From Thermoplasmata archaeon (GTDB lineage Archaea; Thermoplasmatota; Thermoplasmata; Lutacidiplasmatales; UBA184): a stretch of DNA of 64,000 nucleotides. The DNA lies in the NCBI GenBank assembly GCA_035622275.1, contig DASPVQ010000020.1, positions 2,494 through 66,493 on the forward strand. Direction: 5' to 3'. The notes under the pieces are model-generated. The model was not told where the DNA came from. It was given only the letters and a program-made list of their open reading frames with translations, and did no database searches. Within the stretch, counting starts at the first letter, position 1; the number at the start of each line of letters is the position of its first letter. The translations under genes were made by a program, and so were the position numbers. Shown here piece after piece: positions 28,536 through 37,458 of the stretch.

Positions 28536-29645
28536 ATGCCGCAAGCCCCGTCCCCGCTGCACCGTGACGCCGCTCGGAACATCGTCACCAAGTACCTCAA
28601 GATCCGACCCGGAGAGAACGTGATCGTCGAGTCCTGGGACCACACGATGCCGATCGCAGCCGCGATGGTCGACGAGGCCCGCCGCGCGGGCGCCCGGACC
28701 CTTCATATCCACGAGGACGAAGATGCCTGGTGGCGCGCGATCGATCGGAAGCAAAGCAAACTCCTCGGGAACACGAGCGTGCCGGAGTGGGCGGCGCTGA
28801 AGGCTGCGGACGTGTACGTACACTTCTGGGGTCCGGCCGACACCGACCGCCTGGACGTGATACCCGAGAAGACCTTCGACCATGCCCTGGACTGGTTCGA
28901 GCCGTGGTATGACGTGGCCCGGCGTTCGGGTCTTCGCGGCGCGCGAGTCGCCGTTGGATTCGCGACCGAAGGACGGGCCCGCCAGTGGGGCCTGGACCGC
29001 GCGCGATGGGAGGACAGCATGCTGCGCGCGTGCCTCACGGACCCCGTGGAGACGGCCGAGAGCGCGTCTCGTCTAATCGCGGCGCTCGCCCGCGGAAAGA
29101 GGGTGCGCATCACCCACTCGAATGGGACGGACCTTGAAGTGGGCCTCGCCGGGAAGGCTCCGCGGTTGCACGACGGCACACCCCACCCCCGGGACAAGCG
29201 TTACGGACCGAGCGACATGCTCGCGCAGATCCCCGCCGGACGCGTCGAGGTGGCGCTCGATTCCAAGACGGCGGACGGACGTATCCACGCGAACCGGCGG
29301 ACCAACATCTGGTGGAGATGGGACTCCGGGGGAACGCTCGAGTTCTCGGACGGCCGGCTCACGTCGTACTCCTTCGAGGAAGGGGCGAAGGACTTCAGCA
29401 CCCTGTTCGAGAGAGGCACCCCGGGCAAGGACCGCACCGGCGCCCTCACGATCGGATTGAACCCGGCCGTCGATGATGTTCCCATCCTCGAGAGCGTCGA
29501 GCGGGGCAACGTTTCCCTCTCGATCGGACGGAACGGGCACCTCCACGGCACGAACCGCTCGAACTTCATGAGCTGGGTCACGCTCGCTGGCGCCGATATC
29601 TCGGTCGATGGGGCCCCGCTCGTGCGCGCGGGAAGACCGGTCTAG
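28536..29645 (+). CDS. Peptidase M29 (aminopeptidase T/AmpS-like) homologue, probably inactive
   Basis: L.I.PGENV.V, V.IT..NGTDL.V, IPAG.V, IGLNP, G.V.L.IG.N, I.VDG..LV..G; expected metal ligands appear substituted. Confidence 0.75.
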   Translation: MPQAPSPLHRDAARNIVTKYLKIRPGENVIVESWDHTMPIAAAMVDEARRAGARTLHIHEDEDAWWRAIDRKQSKLLGNTSVPEWAALKAADVYVHFWGPADTDRLDVIPEKTFDHALDWFEPWYDVARRSGLRGARVAVGFATEGRARQWGLDRARWEDSMLRACLTDPVETAESASRLIAALARGKRVRITHSNGTDLEVGLAGKAPRLHDGTPHPRDKRYGPSDMLAQIPAGRVEVALDSKTADGRIHANRRTNIWWRWDSGGTLEFSDGRLTSYSFEEGAKDFSTLFERGTPGKDRTGALTIGLNPAVDDVPILESVERGNVSLSIGRNGHLHGTNRSNFMSWVTLAGADISVDGAPLVRAGRPV

Positions 29646-29766
29646 CCGCGGCCGGGCGTCGCCGTCGCTCGACGCCGAGCGTTCGCGGGGCGATCCTCCG
29701 GAGGCAGCGCCAACTCCGCGACCACGCTCCTCCGGTCGCATCGGCCTCGGCTCGTCCCGCAGCCGC

Positions 29767-29904
29767 TTATCCGAGCGCTGGGCAAGCCGCCGTCGTGATC
29801 GTGAGCCCGAGAAGCCCTCCGGAGATGCCCGCGTGCCAGACGTAGAAGCCGTCGCGACCGCTCCGCTTGATCGTGGGCTTTGGAGAAGAGTCTGGCGGCT
29901 CCAC
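29767..29904 (-). CDS. Possible 45-aa small hydrophobic protein or gene remnant
   Basis: Hand translation (V)EPPDSSPKPTIKRSGRDGFYVWHAGISGGLLGLTITTAACPALG*, starting 10 nt after the upstream stop. Confidence 0.3.
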   Translation of the reverse strand: MEPPDSSPKPTIKRSGRDGFYVWHAGISGGLLGLTITTAACPALG

Positions 29905-29913
29905 GACGCCGGG

Positions 29914-30471
29914 TTAGCGAGGCGGTGGGGCGGAAGAGGCGGATGGCCCGACCGCCGCCCCCGACGGGGGTACCACGACGAGGCCGAGGCGGTGTTGAAT
30001 CTCTCCCGCCAGCCATTCGAAGTTCGCGTAGGCCCGGGAGAACCCGTACTCGGCCCGGATCCTCTTCGCGTACGGGGCGAAGACCTCCCAGTCCCGGATG
30101 ATGACGCCCTGCATGATGTCCGACAGCAGGGCGAGGTCGATGAACTGGTGCTTGGCCATGACCGCGATGAGGTCGTAGATCTGGGCGAAGTTGCGGACCT
30201 CAAAGCCCTCGGGGGAGCCAAAGGCGTCCTTCCAGTCCGTTTCCGCGAAGTGATGCAAGATGCGGTGCATCTCCGAGCGGCGGCGCGGGAACGACTCGTC
30301 GGTGATCCGCTCGAGGATCGAGAGGGTCACGTCGGAACGCTGCTGCCGCAGGGTCGCCTCGAGCAACCGGGCGTTCTGCCGAAGTTGAAGCACGACGAAT
30401 CCGACACCGACGATGACGGCGAGCGAGCTCACCGCGGCGAGCCACGTGACGACATCCGAGACCGAGACCAT
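29914..30471 (-). CDS. N-terminally anchored membrane protein (DUF4760-like)
   Basis: TM helix then QLRQN, ...YD.IA.M.K...ID..L..., W....PY...R......Y.NFEWLA. Confidence 0.7.
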   Translation of the reverse strand: MVSVSDVVTWLAAVSSLAVIVGVGFVVLQLRQNARLLEATLRQQRSDVTLSILERITDESFPRRRSEMHRILHHFAETDWKDAFGSPEGFEVRNFAQIYDLIAVMAKHQFIDLALLSDIMQGVIIRDWEVFAPYAKRIRAEYGFSRAYANFEWLAGEIQHRLGLVVVPPSGAAVGPSASSAPPPR

Positions 30472-30784
30472 GCTACCGACCTCGGTTCCACACTCGGCAG
30501 GGGGTTCTTGAGCCGTGCGTCTCGCGGCTCACCCCGGTCAACGCAGGCGCGATTTCCGGTCGCCTGGGCACACCGGCAGTTGCCGGCCACCTGCGTCCGA
30601 TCGGAACCGAGCCACCTGGGGTGCAAGGGCCACACATCTCGGCGAAGGACTTGGGTGGCTCGGCGACATCCATACGCGATCGACGGACCGTACGCTGCTC
30701 CCGCGCGAGTCGGGGATGGGGGACGCCACGCGCAAGGTCGAGTGCAATGAGCGATGTTCACTGGACCGGCGCTTCGCCGCGAGG

Positions 30785-31189
30785 CTACATCCCGGCCGGA
30801 ACCTGAAACACCATCCAGAGATTCCCTTCCGGATCCTTGAAAAAGGCCGAGGTTCCGTACGGAGTCGACACGACCGGCCCTTCGACCTTCGAGCCGGGCC
30901 CCATGGACTCACCTCGCTGGAAGCTCACGCCGCGGCGTTGAAGCGATTTCACGTACCGTTTCGCGTTCTTGACGATCAGGGTCATGTAGGATAGGCTCCG
31001 CTTCTCACGCTTGTCCGGCGAAACGAGCCAGACGTTGTGATCGGCGATGCTCATCGCCGTCCAGGAGTTCCTCATTTCGCCGGTGCCGCGCATGGTCACA
31101 CGGCCGCCGAGCTGCTTCGTGTAAAACCGAATCGCTCGGCTCATGTTCCGGATCGGAATCAGGGTCACAAATTCCACGGACTTCGCCAT
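30785..31189 (-). CDS. VOC/glyoxalase family protein
   Basis: IRNMSRAIRFY..QLG...L.RRGV.F...PYG.SAFFKDPEGN. Confidence 0.9.
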   Translation of the reverse strand: MAKSVEFVTLIPIRNMSRAIRFYTKQLGGRVTMRGTGEMRNSWTAMSIADHNVWLVSPDKREKRSLSYMTLIVKNAKRYVKSLQRRGVSFQRGESMGPGSKVEGPVVSTPYGTSAFFKDPEGNLWMVFQVPAGM

Positions 31190-31519
31190 CGTTCTGCGCC
31201 TAGGCTCGGGCCATGCCGGCCTGTCGGATATTCTTTGTCTTGGCGGTGGGTGATCCGGCGCAGGAGAGAGCGACCCGCTTGTCGTCGGTCGGGGATGGGC
31301 GAGCCGGCGGGACTGGGTCCCCCTACCTCTCGTTGTCCGCGCGAAACCCCGGAGTTCGCTCCCGCCCGATAGAATCCCGTTGCCCGGCCTTCGCTCCCCC
31401 CCGCGGGCATTTCGGAGCCTCCGCCGTCAACCTGCGTGCTCCGTCGGGTCCTTCGAGCCCGATCGATCGTGCATGTCGCCGGACGACCCCGACTCGATTC
31501 CCGCCGGGGGTGATCCGCG

Positions 31520-32029
31520 TTAGCGACCTCTTCGTCGTCGGGATCCCGGTCGAGCGCTCACGGCGCCGCGTCGGGATCGTGCGCTCCCCCCGCGAGCGCT
31601 CTTGCGGCTCGACCTAGGGTGCATCCACGGGACGTACGAGATCCCCACCACCAGTCCCTCCTTCGTTTGCAGCCGCGTCACGGTCTGGCCCCACGCGTCG
31701 GTCCGTGGCCGATGAAGGAGACGATATCCTTTCGACTCGAGCTCCGCCGCGGCCTCGGTGACGGCCGCAGGGCTGTCCAACTCGAATTCGATGAACATCT
31801 GAGGGATCGGGCGATCCTCCGGCCAGCTCTCGCGGCCGAAACATGCTTTGGCCGCTTCGGAGAGGGGCCACACTCCAAAATATCTGCTACCGTCCAACCG
31901 GTCGCTGTGCAAGAAGTTCGTTCCTTTGGATCGTTCCAAGGGCAGACCGATCGAGTCGACGAAGAGCGCGCTTCCCTCGGAGAGGCTCTCCGCGATCACA
32001 CCGACCGCGCCGATGAACTGCGGCTTCAT
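31520..32029 (-). CDS. VOC/glyoxalase family protein
   Basis: LF...IGLPL...YFGVWPLSEAA..CFG...WP...P.PQ..IEFE...WGQTV.RLQ..EG..VGISY.PWMH. Confidence 0.85.
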   Translation of the reverse strand: MKPQFIGAVGVIAESLSEGSALFVDSIGLPLERSKGTNFLHSDRLDGSRYFGVWPLSEAAKACFGRESWPEDRPIPQMFIEFELDSPAAVTEAAAELESKGYRLLHRPRTDAWGQTVTRLQTKEGLVVGISYVPWMHPRSSRKSARGGSARSRRGAVSARPGSRRRRGR

Positions 32030-32273
32030 GTCTGGTGGTCGGGTCTCGTAGTTGAGCGCGTACAAAAGGGGTGCTCGGGGCCGTTGGAGGCACTCCGGGC
32101 CATCCTGTCGCTCCCGGCTGGATGGGGTGGGGCATCCGGGCGCGGCCCAACGCGACCGGACCCAACCCGCGATCGGGTTCGATCGCCTGGTTCCATTTGG
32201 AACCCTCCCGCGTGCTCGCCGTCGCGAACAGGGATAAGCCGACCGGTATTCGCGGACGAGGTGGGTGTTCCCC

Positions 32274-32804
32274 GTGGTTTCGGAGCTGGAAACGATCCGT
32301 GGCTGGTTTGACTACATCGCGGAAGCGCGTCGCGGGTATCTCGAAGCTTTCTCGCGGCTCCCGGCGACCGAGCTGTCTCGCGACCGCGGCGCGTCGTACC
32401 CGACGCTCCTCGACATCTTCGGCCATTCTCAAGGTGCGCTCTACTTCTGGATGAAGGACTGCGCGCGCTTCGAGTTTCCCGCCCAGCAACCCGACTCCAG
32501 CAACCCGCCGAGCCTCGCAGACGTGCGGAAGGACGAGCAGTACATCCAAGCCCAGATCCGGCGCGTGATGTCGGAGCTGACCGAGGCCGACCTGACGCGT
32601 ACGGTCCATCGGGAGAAGGACGTCGGATCGTCGCACGACTGCGACATACCGATCCGGGATGTGCTGTGGCATCTCGTTGAGGAAGAGCTCCAGCACCGGG
32701 GCGAGATCAACGCGCTGCTCTGGCAGATAGACGTGGAGGCACCGGTGTACTCTTGGATCGACCGAGCGCACGCGCTGGATCGGATCGGACACCCGACTTC
32801 GTAG
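32274..32804 (+). CDS. DinB/YfiT family protein
   Basis: TLLDIFGH, VLWHLVEEELQHRGEINALLWQ. Confidence 0.88.
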   Translation: MVSELETIRGWFDYIAEARRGYLEAFSRLPATELSRDRGASYPTLLDIFGHSQGALYFWMKDCARFEFPAQQPDSSNPPSLADVRKDEQYIQAQIRRVMSELTEADLTRTVHREKDVGSSHDCDIPIRDVLWHLVEEELQHRGEINALLWQIDVEAPVYSWIDRAHALDRIGHPTS

Positions 32805-33042
32805 CGGACCCACGGCGTCGACACGTTGCCGGCGTTCCCGGATCCTTCCCCTGACGTGGTTGGGCGCCGCTCCCACTCCCCCGGTGGGTAGCGAAGGCGG
32901 TGCGGGGGACACTCGGCTGTCCGCTCGAGTGCCGACGTCACTCGACCTCCCGGAGTCGCCAGATGCCCGCGGATGTTCCGGCCACTCTCTCGGGACGGGG
33001 ATCGGCTCGAGCTAGTCTTTTCAGCGATTGGCCCGCTCGAAC

Positions 33043-33492
33043 TCAGCCGTCATACCTCGAGCGAAGGTCGTGCCCGTTCTCCAGGACCGACTTCAGATTC
33101 AACGCGAAGTACGTCCACCCCCACTCGGCACCGCCGTAGAGGTCCGCCCACTCCTCGAGGCGGGGAAAACCGGCATGTCCAATCCGAAACAGGGATCCGT
33201 CGTCCTTGGCCTCGACCGACAGCGAGAACACGGTCCCACGGAGCGTCACCCCCGGCCACGTCCACGAAAGTGAGACTCTTTCGCCATCGCGGAACTCGAC
33301 GACGGTGCCGGTATGCGTTGGACCGCCGGTCCATGAGAGCGAGTATCGGCCCCCCTTCTTGGGCGATAGCGTCGCCTCGTCACAGAGCCACCGCGTCAAC
33401 ATGCGGGGATCGGAGATGGCGCGAAAAACCACGTCGGGAGGCGCTCGGATGAAGTACTGGTGGTCCACCGCTCGTTCACCTTTGCTCGTCAT
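33043..33492 (-). CDS. SRPBCC/AHSA1 domain protein
   Basis: IRAPP..VF.AI.DP..L.RW, GG.Y..W, H.GF, GW..F..NLKS.LE.G.D.R. Confidence 0.88.
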   Translation of the reverse strand: MTSKGERAVDHQYFIRAPPDVVFRAISDPRMLTRWLCDEATLSPKKGGRYSLSWTGGPTHTGTVVEFRDGERVSLSWTWPGVTLRGTVFSLSVEAKDDGSLFRIGHAGFPRLEEWADLYGGAEWGWTYFALNLKSVLENGHDLRSRYDG

Positions 33493-33797
33493 GTTCCCCC
33501 GATCCCGCTAGCCTGACGAATCCCCAGGATTTAATCCGGAAGGGGAACGAAAGTGGGACAGTCGGGACGCGTCCGCTGGCCCGAAAATTCTCGAGGAGCG
33601 CTCATAAGAACCCGGTATTCTTTCATTCCCCTACCGACTCATATCTCGCCGGCTCGATCTCCCGCGCAGCCCAGAGGGTGAGGAACCTGAGATGCAGGCA
33701 GTTCTGAGCACGATGCGGACGACGCAAGGCCCCCGCAACAATTCTGCCACAACCCGATCGCGGACGCCCGTCGGGACGACGCTCTAGAGGAGGGAAC

Positions 33798-34391
33798 GTG
33801 GCGCGAAAAGTCACCGCCAGCCTCTACATGACGCTGGACGGCCGGGGCGCGTTCCCGAAGTACCCGGGTTGGGACCGGCAAACGACGGAGGCGAACGAGA
33901 TGTGGCGCGAGATGTGGTTGAATCGGTTCGACGACGTCACCACCGTGATCATGGGACGGAGGTCGTACCTGGGTCACCGGCGGGTCTGGACGGAGAAGGC
34001 GAGAAAACCCAGCGACCCGAAGTACCTGGTCGATTACTCGCGGTGGCTGGACCACGTGGACAAGGTCTGCCTTTCGCGGACGTTGAAGTCGCCGGGCTGG
34101 CAGAACGCCCGGATCATGAAGGGCGACCTTTCCAAGATCGTGGCGAAGCTGAAGCGGGAGAAAGGCGGTAACATCATCGCCGAAGGCGGCCCACAGCTGA
34201 TCCTCGAGTTCCTGCGACGGGGTCTCGCGGACGACTACTGGGCGGTGGTACAGCCCGTGGTCTACGGCAAGGGTCCGGAGTACTGGGGTCCGATGAAGAA
34301 GCAAGCGACCCTCAAGCTCCTCTCCTCGATCACGATGGAAGACGGCGAGCTCCTCCTGCACTACGAGACCGTTCGGGGGTTCCGCGCCTAG
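33798..34391 (+). CDS. Dihydrofolate reductase-like / RibD C-terminal domain protein
   Basis: MTLDG, MGRRSY, K.C.SRTL....W.N, GG..L...L..GL.D.Y...V.PV..G.G; GAGGAGG upstream. Confidence 0.88.
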   Translation: MARKVTASLYMTLDGRGAFPKYPGWDRQTTEANEMWREMWLNRFDDVTTVIMGRRSYLGHRRVWTEKARKPSDPKYLVDYSRWLDHVDKVCLSRTLKSPGWQNARIMKGDLSKIVAKLKREKGGNIIAEGGPQLILEFLRRGLADDYWAVVQPVVYGKGPEYWGPMKKQATLKLLSSITMEDGELLLHYETVRGFRA

Positions 34392-34619
34392 CCCAGCACA
34401 CGGTGGTGGGCCACCGCGGTCCCTCCACCGGTTCGAGGCTCTCTCCCGGGTCTCCGCCCGGGGTCGAAGCGGTTCCCGTGGCGCGCTTCCGCCGTCGGGC
34501 GGAGTGTCCGAGTCGTTCCGGCCCGATTCCGACCTCGTCACGATGACCACGATTTCCGGAGTGGACCTCCGCCCTCAGCGGCGTCGTTCGAACGGCCCGG
34601 ATCGCGCGGCACGTCGGGG

Positions 34620-35612
34620 TCAGCTTGGCCGGGAGGGTGCCTCAGATGCGCGCGCGAGCACCGTGAGGGCCCGCAGCGTGATCATCTTGCTTGGTTCCCC
34701 GGCCTTCTCGAACGTAAGCGGCGTCGGCCGCTTCGTCGGATGCTGTGCGAACCACTTTGCGCCGTCGGCGTCCGGGTCCGTCTGGGGCGGGCCGATCGCC
34801 CAGCGTCCGTCGAGTCGCTGCTGCTTTCGTAGAAAATCCAGCGCGTAGCGGAGTCTCGGATCGCTCCCGTAGCCGAGGTTTGTGAGGCATTCCAGACCGA
34901 CCAAGAGGTCGTAGTAGTAGTGGACCGGCCAGTGGAAGCGGAACCAGGGCGCGTACGGCTCGCCTTGCCGATGCAGCTCACGCTCCAGGAAGAACTCGGC
35001 CCCGCGCTCGACGCATCGCTGCATCGCGGGGGTCCACTTCGACCGCGGGTACGCTGCAAAGGCGGCGAGGCCCTCCCAGGCGTCGAGCGTACGACCCGCC
35101 GAGACGCCGTCGCGGTCCATCCGGCAGGACCATCCTCCCTTCGGATGCGCCACCCTCACCAGCCAGTCCAGCGTTTTGCGGACCCGCGGATCGTCGCCGT
35201 AGCCGAGCTGGATCAGGGCTCGGGCCATGTTGGCGGTGTAGCAGAAGTGCCCCTTTCCCTGGCCGAACCCTCCCACTCCACCGCCCTGGAGGGGCGAGCT
35301 CCCCATCCAGAACTCGCAGGAGACCTCGATCTCCGGGATGTCCCGCGTCGCCCCGAGATCGGCGAGAGCGAGCATGCTCCAGTTGGTCCCGAGAAATCTA
35401 GGCTCGAGCCAGTTGTGGTCCCGCTCCCACCATCCGGCCGGATTCCGCCGGGAAAGGATCTCCCTCACCCAGGGATCCGTCCGCAGATTCTCTCGAGATT
35501 CCCGGACGCCGGAGACGGAGCCGGACTTGCCAAGAAGACGGGTGAGGGTAAGATACCGCATCGACGGCTGCTGCGGCTCGAGCAGCCAGTCGAGGACCTC
35601 GTCCGCCCGCAC
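34620..35612 (-). CDS. Prenyltransferase/squalene-cyclase-like alpha/alpha-toroid protein (paralogue of 13845-14864)
   Basis: WLLE.QQPS.RY.TL, H.CYTAN.AR.L...GY.DD.RV.K..DWL, GGWSC, F.WP.HY.YDLLVGL, PSKMITL.A. Confidence 0.75.
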   Translation of the reverse strand: MRADEVLDWLLEPQQPSMRYLTLTRLLGKSGSVSGVRESRENLRTDPWVREILSRRNPAGWWERDHNWLEPRFLGTNWSMLALADLGATRDIPEIEVSCEFWMGSSPLQGGGVGGFGQGKGHFCYTANMARALIQLGYGDDPRVRKTLDWLVRVAHPKGGWSCRMDRDGVSAGRTLDAWEGLAAFAAYPRSKWTPAMQRCVERGAEFFLERELHRQGEPYAPWFRFHWPVHYYYDLLVGLECLTNLGYGSDPRLRYALDFLRKQQRLDGRWAIGPPQTDPDADGAKWFAQHPTKRPTPLTFEKAGEPSKMITLRALTVLARASEAPSRPS

Positions 35613-35806
35613 GCTCCGCCGGACCCCGTCACCCCTCTTAACCTCGGTCGGAGCGGCGCGATCCGCCGGCGCTGAATCTCGAACGGCGGAAGGGGCGGAG
35701 CGACGCGACGCGGCCGGATCTCCAGCGCTACGGCACCTTGAAGGAGCTCGGGCCCAGCACGGCTAAGAGAGCCGACGCGTCACCCGCGCGAGCGGGTGTG
35801 GTTTCC

Positions 35807-37354
35807 ATGGACTCGACGACGAACGACGCTGCCTGGGAGCGCCGGGGCCGTTCCTGGTGGTCCCACGTGCGCGTCCTCGCTGACGATCAGATGGAGGGCC
35901 GTGAGACCGGCTCCCCGGGATACGAACGAGCGGCGGCGTACGTCACGGAGCAGTTTCGGATCGCGGGACTCGAGCCTGCGGGCGTAGAGGGGTACCGTCA
36001 GCCGGTCGACCTTGCGGTCTCCACGTTGGATCAGGGCGCGAGTTCGTTGACCATCGTTCGCGACGGGGCGACCCGGTCCGTACGCATCCCAGAGGAGGCT
36101 CAGTTCATCGTCACGTCGGCCACGGTGTCGGACATCGAGGCCGACGCAGTCTTCGTGGGATATGCGCTCGAGATCCCGGAGCACGGCTACAGCGATCTGG
36201 CCGGACTGGACCTACGCGAGAAGATCGCCGTGTTCGTCCTGGGCGGGCCCGCGGACCTGCCCGGGCCCGTCCGAGCTCACCACCAATCCCGGTCGGAGGT
36301 CTATCGGGCGCTGAGGAGGGCCGGGGCCGCCGGCTTCGTCCTGGTGCAGAATCCGAGCGTGCCCGAGGCTCCATGGTCCCGGTTCGCGAGCGGGCAGCTC
36401 TTTCCCCGGATGGAGCTGCTGGGCTCCGACCGAGGAGAGCGGCGTCCCCTTCCGTTGACGGCCGCGTTCGACCACGAGCATCTGGACCTCCTTTTCGAGG
36501 GGAGCGGGCACCGCGCGTCCGAGGTGCTGGCGAGCCTGGGGAAACCTGGCCCGCTGCCGCGCTTTCCCCTTGCGGTACGATTGCGCGCGCATGTCGAAGT
36601 TCGACGCTCGACGGCGCGGTGCACCAACGTCGTCGGCGTCCTGCCGGGGAGCGACCCGACCCTGCGCCACGAGTACGTCGTGGGAACCGCCCATCTCGAC
36701 CACCTCGGGATCGGCGAGCCGATCCACGGTGACTCGATCTACAGCGGAGCCATGGACAACGCCTCCGGCGTCGCCGCCCTGATCGAGATCGCGCGTGCGA
36801 TGAAGGACGCCGCGGAGCGTCCCCGGCGATCGATCCTGTTCGCCGCGGTGACGGCCGAAGAGCAGGGTCTCCTCGGCTCGGAGCACTTCGCGAACCATCC
36901 CACCGTCTCGGGGCCGATCGTCGCGGACCTGAACATGGACATGTTCCTCCCGCTATTTCCCCTCCGGTTCGTCGAGGTACAGGGTCTCGACGAGTCGACG
37001 CTCGGCCCGACGCTTCGGGCCGCCGCGCACCAGGTGGGCGTGACGGCCGATGCCGAGTACCTTCCCGATCGCAAACTGTTCATTCGCAGCGACCAGTACA
37101 GCTTCGTGAAGACCGGGGTTCCCGCCCTGATGGTGTCCATCGGCTACGCCCGGGGCTCGCCCGAGGAACAGGCGGTGGTCGCGTTCCTGCGCGATCGCTA
37201 CCACGCGCCCGCGGACGACGCCGACCAGCCCGTGAACCTCACGGCGGCCGCACAGTTCACCGACCTCCTGCGTCGCGTGATCCTGCAGGTCGCGAACGAC
37301 CCCGGGCGCCCTCAGTGGAATCCGGATAGCTTCTTCCGGAGGTTCGCTCGGTAG
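35807..37354 (+). CDS. M28 family metallopeptidase with PA domain
   Basis: MEGR.TGSPG, AHLDH, GAMDNASG, TAEEQGLLGS, NMDM, RSDQ, YH.P.DD. Confidence 0.92.
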   Translation: MDSTTNDAAWERRGRSWWSHVRVLADDQMEGRETGSPGYERAAAYVTEQFRIAGLEPAGVEGYRQPVDLAVSTLDQGASSLTIVRDGATRSVRIPEEAQFIVTSATVSDIEADAVFVGYALEIPEHGYSDLAGLDLREKIAVFVLGGPADLPGPVRAHHQSRSEVYRALRRAGAAGFVLVQNPSVPEAPWSRFASGQLFPRMELLGSDRGERRPLPLTAAFDHEHLDLLFEGSGHRASEVLASLGKPGPLPRFPLAVRLRAHVEVRRSTARCTNVVGVLPGSDPTLRHEYVVGTAHLDHLGIGEPIHGDSIYSGAMDNASGVAALIEIARAMKDAAERPRRSILFAAVTAEEQGLLGSEHFANHPTVSGPIVADLNMDMFLPLFPLRFVEVQGLDESTLGPTLRAAAHQVGVTADAEYLPDRKLFIRSDQYSFVKTGVPALMVSIGYARGSPEEQAVVAFLRDRYHAPADDADQPVNLTAAAQFTDLLRRVILQVANDPGRPQWNPDSFFRRFAR

Positions 37355-37458
37355 GGCGCTGCCAGCGCGCGGCGGAGCGTTGATCCCACCCGGCTCGCCG
37401 CCCCCGCGGACCGAGAGGGGGAGTCGTGCGCCCATCGGGGTCGGCTCGACCCCGGCCC

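Noticed and set aside
29795..29917. Plus-strand short ORF with an internal TAG, possible amber (pyrrolysine) readthrough
   Set aside because: No pyl genes or protein homology seen; the opposite strand gives a more plausible reading
30612..30632. GGGGTGCAAGG resembling an RNase P RNA conserved segment
   Set aside because: The GAGGAA(A/G)GUCC and ACAGAA..CGG P4 elements are absent nearby
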